Of a stretch of DNA of 24,000 bases, positions 1-6,263 are shown in pieces; position 1 is the stretch's first letter; every line of letters begins with the position of its first letter. Both the position numbers and the translations under genes were made by a program. This DNA comes from Cyanobium gracile UHCC 0139 (GTDB lineage Bacteria > Cyanobacteriota > Cyanobacteriia > PCC-6307 > Cyanobiaceae). The notes under the pieces are model-generated. The model made no database searches, was not told where the DNA came from, and was given only the letters and a program-made list of their open reading frames with translations. The stretch is taken from the NCBI RefSeq assembly GCF_034931325.1, contig NZ_JAYGHX010000012.1, forward strand, positions 49,061 to 73,060. The letters are read 5' to 3'.

Positions 1-354
1 GGTCACCATCAAGTCGGCCATTCGGTTTGACGACTGCTCGACACCTTCCTGCGCCACGGCGTCGGAGGGAGCATGGGTGCCGTGCTGACGGGGATGCTCG
101 CTTCCAAGTCCCTTGTGCCGGGGGATTCCTTCCCCTTGTCGGCCAAGATCCTTGAGGAATCAGGAAACTTCGGCCCGCTCATCGCCCAGTTCAAAGCCGT
201 TATCCTCACCTATGGATTTGTCGGGCTGGGTACGGCTATTATTCTCTGGATTCTCGGTGTCCTGATGCCCCTTCGTGTCAGCATCGAAGAGGAAGAGCGC
301 GGTCTCGACTTCGTGGCTCACGGGGAAGAGGCGTACCATCCAATGACCAACTGA
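1..354 (+). CDS. amt: Ammonium transporter (Amt/AmtB family), 3' end running in from the left edge; reading frame interrupted near nt 28-40
   Basis: Frame +1 from nt 31 reads LLDTFLRHGVGGSMGAVLTGMLA ... LRVSIEEEERGLDFVAHGEEAYH. This matches the conserved Amt C-terminal signatures (DxF..HGVGG and the LRVxxEEExxGLDxxxHGExAY tail). Frame +1 has a TGA at 28-30. The preceding Amt-like residues (VTIKSAIRFDDC) lie in frame +2. Confidence 0.8.
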
Positions 355-368
355 CGACCAAACCTTCC

Positions 369-707
369 ATGAAAATGATCACGGCCATGGTCCGCCCCTC
401 CAAGGTGGATGCCATCAAGACAGCACTCGTCGCCCTTGACATCATCGGCATGACGGTGACCGATTCCCGTGGATTCGGTCGCCAGAAGGGCCAGGTCGAG
501 CGCTACAGGGGAACGGAGTTCACCGTCGAGTTCCTTCCCAAGGCAAGGATCGAGATCGTCGTCCCCACAGCCAAGGTGGACGCGGCGATCGCCGCCATCA
601 CCGAAGCTGCCCACACCGGTGAAATCGGCGATGGCAAGCTCTTCGTCACCCCGGTGGAATCGGTGATCCGGATCCGCACCGGCGAATCCGGCGAATCCAC
701 CCTCTGA
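369..707 (+). CDS. glnK: P-II nitrogen regulatory protein (GlnB/GlnK family), amt-linked paralog
   Basis: 112 aa, ATG start. T-loop GFGRQKGQVERYRGTEFTVEFLPK and B-loop/ATP motif TGEIGDGKLFV are classic P-II. It starts 15 nt after the amt stop. Confidence 0.9.
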   Translation: MKMITAMVRPSKVDAIKTALVALDIIGMTVTDSRGFGRQKGQVERYRGTEFTVEFLPKARIEIVVPTAKVDAAIAAITEAAHTGEIGDGKLFVTPVESVIRIRTGESGESTL

Positions 708-738
708 GAAGCTGCCGCCGACAACGGTGAGTCCCCCC

Positions 739-769
739 GGAGCTGGCCGACAAGGTCAGCTCCTTTTTG
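739..769 (+). terminator. Rho-independent terminator after the P-II gene
   Basis: GGAGCTGGCC (739-748) pairs with GGTCAGCTCC (754-763), including one G-T wobble. The loop is GACAA, followed by TTTTT at 764-768. It lies 32 nt after the glnK stop. Confidence 0.7.
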
Positions 770-847
770 TGATCTCCTGACGGGTCCAAAAGGCCCCTCC
801 CTGGCCATCCGCCAGGATTTCGGCACCCGCCGCCGCCGTCGCCGGCC

Positions 848-1570
848 ATGGAGAAACCCCGCACCCTGCTGATCAGCGGCGCCAGCCGTGGCATCGGCCG
901 AGCGATCGCGGAACGGGCCCTGGCCGAGGGCCATCGGCTCAGCCTTGGCCTGCGGGATCCCGCCGCCCTGGCGGAAGGCCCGCTTCGGGAGACCGCCCGC
1001 CAGGGGACCGACAGGGTGCTCCTGCATCCCTACGAGGCGCGCGACCCCGCCCAGGCCACGGCCTGGGTGGAGGCGACCCTGGCCCGGTACGGCGCGATCG
1101 ATGGGCTGATCCACTGCGCCGGGCTCTTCTCCCGGGTGGGCCTGCTGTTCCCGCCCGGCGGCGAAGGGGAGATCGAGGACCTGTGGCGCGTGAATCTGAT
1201 GGGTCCCTGGTGGCTCACCCGGGCCGCCTGGCCAGCGCTGGTGGCCAGCGGCGACGGCCGGGTGATCACCCTGGTGTCGATGAGCGGCCAGCGGGTGAAG
1301 GGTTCCCTGACGGCCTATCCCTGCAGCAAGTTCGCCCTGATGGCCCTGTGCCAGTCGATGCGCAACGAGGGTTGGGACGCCGGCATCCGGGTGACGGCGA
1401 TCTGCCCGGGCTGGGTCAACACCGCCATGGCCTCCCAGGTGACGGCCCTGCCGGCCGAGGCCATGACGCAGCCCGAAGATCTGGCCGCCCTGACCGCTCA
1501 GCTGCTGCGGCTGCCCGCCAGCGCCGTTCCCTTCGAACTGAAGATCAACTGCGTGCTGGAACCCTGCTGA
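848..1570 (+). CDS. Short-chain dehydrogenase/reductase (SDR family oxidoreductase)
   Basis: 240 aa. N-terminal cofactor motif ISGASRGIGRAIA and catalytic YPCSK (YxxxK) are present. Third-codon positions are G/C-rich. Confidence 0.85.
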   Translation: MEKPRTLLISGASRGIGRAIAERALAEGHRLSLGLRDPAALAEGPLRETARQGTDRVLLHPYEARDPAQATAWVEATLARYGAIDGLIHCAGLFSRVGLLFPPGGEGEIEDLWRVNLMGPWWLTRAAWPALVASGDGRVITLVSMSGQRVKGSLTAYPCSKFALMALCQSMRNEGWDAGIRVTAICPGWVNTAMASQVTALPAEAMTQPEDLAALTAQLLRLPASAVPFELKINCVLEPC

Positions 1571-1576
1571 GGCCGC

Positions 1577-2947
1577 TCAGATCAGCCGCGAGCCGGAGGC
1601 CGCCTGGCGCTGGGAGGGATCGAACACCGCCGCCACGGTGCGGATCAGCCAGCGGCCCGATGCGGTCACCTCCACCAGGCCCTGGCCACCGGCCTGGCTG
1701 AGCCGCACCAGGCCGTCTTCGGCCAGGTCCTCGAGGGCGGCCCACTCGGCGGCATAACGCTCCGGATTGATCACCACCCGGAACTGGCACATCACCTCCC
1801 GGATCAGCTCCCGCCGCTCCAGCACCTCCGGATCGCTGACCACCAGCCCCCGCTCCACCGGCAGCTGGCCGGCGGCGAGGCTGGCGGCGTAGGCCTTGAG
1901 ATCCCGCTGGTTCTGGCTGAACAGGCCGGGGAACTGGCTGATCGCCGTGGGGCCCACCCCAAGCAGCTCCAGTTCCCCGCCGGTGGTGTATCCCTGAAAA
2001 TTGCGGTGCAGGCGCCCCTCCCTGGCCGCCACGGCCAGGCTGTCGCCGGAGAGGGCGTAGTGATCCATGCCGATGGCGTCGTAGCCGCACCCGCCCAGGC
2101 GGGCGGCGGCACTGTCGAGCATCTGCAGCCGCTGAAGTTGGCTGGGCAGATCCGTCGCCGCGATCTTGCGCTGCAGGGGCAGTTGCTCGGGCAGGTAAGC
2201 GAAGGAGAACAGGGACACCCGATCGGGGCGCAGGTCCTGCACCAGGGCCAGGGTGGCGTCGAACCGCTCCGGGGTCTGGAGCGGCAGACCGCAGATCAGA
2301 TCCACGTTGACGCTGGCGAAGCCCGCCTCCCGCATCCAGGCCATGGCCCGGCGCAGCTGGTCGACCGGCACCACCCGGTTCACCGCCTGCTGCACCAGGG
2401 GGTCGGCATCCTGGATGCCGAAGCTGATCCGGGAGAAGCCCAGGCGGCGCAGCTCCATCACATCCTGGCGGCTGAGGGCTTCCGGATTCACCTCGATCGA
2501 GGCCTCCAGATCGCTCGCCAGATCGAAGTGGCGCTCGATCAGACCCCAGAGGCGCTCGCGCTCGGGGATCGTCAGATAGTTGGGGGTGCCCCCGCCCCAG
2601 TGCAGCTGGGCGAGGCGACGCCGCTGGGCGGAGAGGCGGGTGATCAGCTCCAGCTCCGCGGAGAGGGCCTCCAGGTAGGGCTCCACCACCTTCGAGCCGG
2701 CGCCGGTGGTGATGCGGTTGCAGCCGCAGAACCAGCAGGCGTTGCGACAGAAGGGCACATGCACGTACAACGACAGCGGCGCGTCGGTGGGGCGGGCCAG
2801 CTGGGCCTCCAGATCGGCCGAGCTGACGCCCCCGTGGAACGCCGCGGCCGTGGGGTAGCTCGTGTAGCGGGGGACGGGCCGGTCGTGCTTGAGCAGCAGA
2901 TCGATCGGGGTGCTGGGGCGAGGAGCAATGGTGGCCGCAGGTGTCAT
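1577..2947 (-). CDS. hemN: Oxygen-independent coproporphyrinogen III oxidase (radical SAM, HemN)
   Basis: 456 aa. N-terminal PRYTSYPTA motif, radical-SAM cluster motif CRNACWFCGC (CxxxCxxC), and HWGGGTPNYL are present. Confidence 0.93.
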   Translation of the reverse strand: MTPAATIAPRPSTPIDLLLKHDRPVPRYTSYPTAAAFHGGVSSADLEAQLARPTDAPLSLYVHVPFCRNACWFCGCNRITTGAGSKVVEPYLEALSAELELITRLSAQRRRLAQLHWGGGTPNYLTIPERERLWGLIERHFDLASDLEASIEVNPEALSRQDVMELRRLGFSRISFGIQDADPLVQQAVNRVVPVDQLRRAMAWMREAGFASVNVDLICGLPLQTPERFDATLALVQDLRPDRVSLFSFAYLPEQLPLQRKIAATDLPSQLQRLQMLDSAAARLGGCGYDAIGMDHYALSGDSLAVAAREGRLHRNFQGYTTGGELELLGVGPTAISQFPGLFSQNQRDLKAYAASLAAGQLPVERGLVVSDPEVLERRELIREVMCQFRVVINPERYAAEWAALEDLAEDGLVRLSQAGGQGLVEVTASGRWLIRTVAAVFDPSQRQAASGSRLI

Positions 2948-2996
2948 GGGGAGGGGGGTTGGGGGCTGAAGGGGCCGATGGGATGGGGAGAGGTGG

Positions 2997-3686
2997 TCAG
3001 GCGGCGAGGGTCCCCAGCTCCGCCAGCAACCGCTGGGTGTCCTGGAAGGCGATCACCGATTCCTCCAGCAGCTCCAGCTCCTCGTCTTCGCTGAGGTCCA
3101 TCCGTTCGATGGCGTCATGGAGCTCCTGCTTCAGCTCGGGGATGGGGCGCTGGAACTCCCAGAACTGCACGGGCGGCAGGCCCTGGCTGGCGAGGATGGC
3201 CTTGGCCTGCTCGGCCAGTTGCTGGCCCCCGGAGAGATCGCCGCCGTAGCGCACGTAGACGTGGGCCATGAACCGGTGCGGGGCCTGCTGGGCCAGGCGC
3301 TGCAGATGCTCCAACCAGATCGCGGCCGCCGCGGAAGCGGGCGTGGCCGGGACAACGGCCAGCCTGGCGATGTCCTGGTCGAGGGCCTGGCTGCGGGCCA
3401 GGTCGGCCCAGGGGAAACCCTCGGCTCCCAGGGCGGCGGCGAGCAGGGGACCCCGGGCCTCGATCAGGGCGTAGGCGGGGGCAAGGGCACGGATCAGGGC
3501 CGCCAGCTGGAGGGGTTGGGCCTGCCCCGCCAGCAGCGACCGTGAAAAGGCCATGCCCTCGGCCTGGTGGTGGGCAGCACCGATGCGGCCATGGAGCCGA
3601 CGCACCCGGGGGCCGAACCCCTTGCGGGCGAGGACATCGGCGGGCCTGGCGTGGTCGGAGATGGCGGCAGGGATGGCGGTGGTCAT
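2997..3686 (-). CDS. ho: Heme oxygenase
   Basis: 229 aa. Proximal-His region LHGRIGAAHHQAEGMAF and the HO signature HVYVRYGGDLSGGQ (canonical YTRYLGDLSGGQ) are present. It lies 49 nt upstream of hemN on the same strand, so a ho-hemN operon is likely. Confidence 0.85.
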   Translation of the reverse strand: MTTAIPAAISDHARPADVLARKGFGPRVRRLHGRIGAAHHQAEGMAFSRSLLAGQAQPLQLAALIRALAPAYALIEARGPLLAAALGAEGFPWADLARSQALDQDIARLAVVPATPASAAAAIWLEHLQRLAQQAPHRFMAHVYVRYGGDLSGGQQLAEQAKAILASQGLPPVQFWEFQRPIPELKQELHDAIERMDLSEDEELELLEESVIAFQDTQRLLAELGTLAA

Positions 3687-3733
3687 GGGGGACGGAACCG
3701 AAGGAGAACGGGCCCGGAGGGGCGCTGATGCCT

Positions 3734-3787
3734 ACGGTATAACGGTACTGTTGTTCCATGCTTCTGTGGCAACAAATTCGTTGCATC
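3734..3787. promoter_or_regulatory. AT-rich divergent promoter/operator region between ho (-) and the ycf54-like gene (+)
   Basis: Sequence: ACGGTAtaACGGTActgTTGTTccATGCttcTGTGGcAACAAATTCgtTGCATC. It contains a tandem ACGGTA repeat, a TTGTT..AACAA dyad and ATGC-N21-GCAT. The words ATAACG, TGTGG, ATTC and TGCATC recur in the same order at 7341-7404. Confidence 0.3.
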
Positions 3788-3834
3788 CGCCGCCTTCGCT
3801 CCCCGCCCCCGTCCCCTCCACGCCCCCCTCCGCC

Positions 3835-4260
3835 ATGTCCACCACCACCCAGAACCCGACCACCGCGCCCCTGCGCTCCCTCTCCTTTCTGGTGGCCCCC
3901 CTGGGCCAGCTCAGCGGGGACGGCCAGCTGCGGGAACTGATCGAGGAACGCCGCCAGCGCAAGGGCGCGGACGTGGAGCTCTGGTATCTGGGACCGGAGC
4001 TGGTGGAGGAGCTGCGCCTGGCCCAGGCCTTCCGCAATCCCCCTGCGAAAGACCAGGACCAGGCACGTCCACAGGAGACCATCGAAGCGATCGTGGCTGG
4101 GGACGCAGCGGTGATCACCTGGCTGGAGCTGCGCTTCGGCGGTTGCACCGGCAGCCTGGCCCTGCAGGCTGGCTGGCTGCAGGAGCGTGCCGGGGCGCTG
4201 CCGCCCCGGACCCCGGTCGCCGACACCGCCACCAGCACCGCCCGCTGCGCCCACACCTAG
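3835..4260 (+). CDS. Ycf54-like (DUF2488-type) protein, divergent paralog; putative partner of the AcsF cyclase
   Basis: ATG at 3835 inside the 3553-4260 ORF; 141 aa with high GC3. The pattern FLVAP..L....LRELIEERRQR.G.DVELWYLGPELV ... EAIVAGDAAVITWLELRF parallels Ycf54 as I recall it (ALASQKFLLEEEP..E.L.ERRR.Y.....IDFW...P.F ... AIVST...I.W.KLRLEY). Confidence 0.6.
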   Translation: MSTTTQNPTTAPLRSLSFLVAPLGQLSGDGQLRELIEERRQRKGADVELWYLGPELVEELRLAQAFRNPPAKDQDQARPQETIEAIVAGDAAVITWLELRFGGCTGSLALQAGWLQERAGALPPRTPVADTATSTARCAHT

Positions 4261-4265
4261 GGATT

Positions 4266-4314
4266 CCGGAGCCGGTGGCCTCCGGCTGCTGGCCGCGGGG
4301 AACACCCCCTGCGG
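4266..4314 (+). terminator. Two consecutive GC-rich hairpins downstream of the ycf54-like gene (possible terminator/attenuator, no U-tract)
   Basis: Hairpin 1: CCGGAG (4266-4271) pairs with CTCCGG (4280-4285). Hairpin 2: CCGCGGGG (4293-4300), loop AACA, then CCCC-ct-GCGG (4305-4314). Confidence 0.25.
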
Positions 4315-4458
4315 TGGTCCCGGGGCCGTGACAGCGACGCCCAGCGGTGTTTGTGTTGGGCTGACGGCCCGATCCCCCGGGCGGAGGCGCAGTGAAACCG
4401 ACCCCAACGAACCCACCGGCAATGACCCTTTCGAGCCATCCCCTGGCTCCTGCCGCCG

Positions 4459-5499
4459 GTGCCTGATCTCACCCCGGCCGTCGGCGGCACCTCCGCCGCC
4501 CCCTTCTGCAACCTGCTGCTGCCCACCGGCGCCCAGGCGCGGGGGCGCACCCTTCCCGGCCGCAAGGTCGTGATCGTGGGCTGCGGCGCCGTGGGCATGG
4601 CCTGCGCCGTCTCGATCCTGCATCGGGGCTGCCAGGAGGAGCTGGTGCTGGTGGATGTGGCCCACGACCGGCTGGAGGGGGAGGTGATGGACCTCTGCCA
4701 TGGCCTGCCCTTCCTGCCCCGCACCGACCTGCGGGCCGGGAGCGTGGAGGAGGAGGGACGGGATGCGGATCTGGTGGTGATCACCGCCGGTGTGGCCCAG
4801 CGGCCGGGCCAGTCACGGCGGGAACTGATCGAGCGCAATGCGGACCTGTTCCGCAGGCTCGTGCCGCCGATCGCCCTCCACTGCCCCCGGGCGGTGTTGC
4901 TGGTGGTGAGCAACCCGGTGGATGTGCTCACCCACATCGCCGGCCAGCTGAGCGGCTTCCCCGCCCACCGGGTGATCGGCTCGGGCACCGTGCTCGATTC
5001 GGCCCGCTTCCGCATGGCCATCAGTCGCCGGCTGGGGATCGATCCCCACGACGTCCAGGCCTGGGTGATCGGCGAACACGGTGATTCCGAGGTGCCGGTC
5101 TGGAGCCGGGTGGTGGTGGCTGGCTCCGGGCTCGTGGATGGCGGCTGGGAAGGCAGCCGCACCCTGGCGGATCCGGAGCTTCAGGAGCTGTTCCATGACG
5201 AGGTGCGCCAGGCGGCCTATGAGATCATCCGGCTCAAGGGCAGCACCTCCTGGGCGATCGGGCTGGCCACCGCCGAGATCGTCGAGGCGGTGCTGCGCAG
5301 CAAGGACCAGATGCTCACGGTGAGCAGCCGCAGCCACGGCCACTACGGCCTGCCCGATGTCTGCCTGAGCCTGCCCACGATCGTCAACGACAGCGGCGCC
5401 GCCGCCCTGGTGCAGATGGCCCTGACGGAGAAGGAAATGGGCCAACTGCGCCAGAGCGCCGAACTGCTGCGGGGCATGCTCGATGAGGCTGGGTTCTGA
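4459..5499 (+). CDS. ldh: L-lactate dehydrogenase (LDH/MDH superfamily, Gln at the substrate-specificity position)
   Basis: Motifs: KVVIVGCGAVG Rossmann fold, ITAGVAQRPGQSRRELIERN (Gln rather than the Arg of LDH-like MDHs), VSNPVD, GSGTVLDSARFR, VIGEHGDSEVPVWS. The track start is a GTG. About 32 residues precede the Rossmann motif, so the true start is uncertain. Confidence 0.8.
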   Translation: MPDLTPAVGGTSAAPFCNLLLPTGAQARGRTLPGRKVVIVGCGAVGMACAVSILHRGCQEELVLVDVAHDRLEGEVMDLCHGLPFLPRTDLRAGSVEEEGRDADLVVITAGVAQRPGQSRRELIERNADLFRRLVPPIALHCPRAVLLVVSNPVDVLTHIAGQLSGFPAHRVIGSGTVLDSARFRMAISRRLGIDPHDVQAWVIGEHGDSEVPVWSRVVVAGSGLVDGGWEGSRTLADPELQELFHDEVRQAAYEIIRLKGSTSWAIGLATAEIVEAVLRSKDQMLTVSSRSHGHYGLPDVCLSLPTIVNDSGAAALVQMALTEKEMGQLRQSAELLRGMLDEAGF

Positions 5500-5500
5500 C

Positions 5501-6187
5501 CTAGGCCGCCTGCGCCGCCCTGCCGGCCAGTCGCGCCACCAGCCCCCGGGCCTGGCGCGGCTCGAAGCCCACCGTCTCGATCGCCGCCTGGAAGCAGGCC
5601 ACGAATTCGCCGACCACGTCGGTGGGATCGATGCCGATCGCCGTCAGGTCGTCGCGGACGCTCTGGAGCATGGCCAGCACGATCGGCAGGGCGCGCTCGC
5701 AGCAGGCCGCGATTGGTGCGGCCACCTCCGGGAACCAGGCCGCCAGCCAGCGTCCGCCGTACTCGAGGTGTTCCGCCTCATCGGTGAGCACCGCCTGGAT
5801 GATCGGCGCGGCGAAGGGGTCGGCCACCGGCTGGTAGCAGCGGTAGGCGGCCACGGCGAAGCTCTCCACGATCAGGCACTGGATCACCAGGGCGCTGACG
5901 CGGTCGCCGCTGCGCACGGCCTCGCGGAACAGCCGGTGCAGGGGTGCGAACAGGCGGCGTGCCAGCGGCAGATCCGGGCGGATCCCCAGCTGCCTGCCGC
6001 AGCCGGAGAAGTCGCGGGCGTGGTGCCCCTCCATGGCGGCGAGGCGCATCAGGTCGTCGCGGTCCTCCGGCAGGAGGCCGGCCAGCAGGCGGAAGTGGCT
6101 GTCCGCCAGGCCTTCACCCACGATCACCAGGGCGTTGATGCGGCTGTAGGCATCGCGGTAGGCGGGGGTCATCAATGGCTGGGGCAT
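5501..6187 (-). CDS. Aldehyde-deformylating-oxygenase (ADO) family ferritin-like di-iron protein, non-canonical paralog
   Basis: 228 aa, ATG start. YRDAYSRINALVIVGEGLA, AAMEGHH, LVIQCLIVESFAVAAY, PVADPFA and TDEAEHLEYG align with the ADO family. The E / ExxH / E / ExxH di-iron ligands are retained. It lies 76 nt downstream of acsF on the same strand. Confidence 0.75.
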   Translation of the reverse strand: MPQPLMTPAYRDAYSRINALVIVGEGLADSHFRLLAGLLPEDRDDLMRLAAMEGHHARDFSGCGRQLGIRPDLPLARRLFAPLHRLFREAVRSGDRVSALVIQCLIVESFAVAAYRCYQPVADPFAAPIIQAVLTDEAEHLEYGGRWLAAWFPEVAAPIAACCERALPIVLAMLQSVRDDLTAIGIDPTDVVGEFVACFQAAIETVGFEPRQARGLVARLAGRAAQAA

Positions 6188-6263
6188 GGGGAAGGACGCA
6201 AGGGAACAGAAGCTGAGCCATCCGATGGGACGGCCTGCCGGACAAACCGCTGGAGGGCCGGGC

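Noticed and set aside
28-45. Possibility that the amt frame change is a programmed ribosomal frameshift or a TGA recoding event
   Set aside because: No slippery heptamer (X XXY YYZ) or obvious downstream stimulatory structure is present at the junction (gac gac tgc tcg aca). A simple 1-nt indel or a sequencing error is more parsimonious.
1567-1580. CTGAG-gccg-CTCAG hairpin formed by the two convergent stop codons of the SDR gene and hemN
   Set aside because: The stem is only 5 bp and has no U-tract on either strand. It is too weak to call a terminator and is probably incidental to the 6-nt spacing of the two stops.
3737-3748. GTA-N6-TAC (GGTATAACGGTAC), considered as an NtcA site
   Set aside because: The NtcA consensus is GTA-N8-TAC and the spacing here is wrong. 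It is better described as part of the tandem ACGGTA repeat.
3115-4701. 528-aa minus-strand ORF, the longest ORF in this region of the track
   Set aside because: It is antisense to or overlaps three genes with clear family signatures (ho, ycf54-like, ldh). Its translation is dominated by Gly/Pro/Arg/Ala with no motif. This is a typical shadow ORF of a high-G+C genome.
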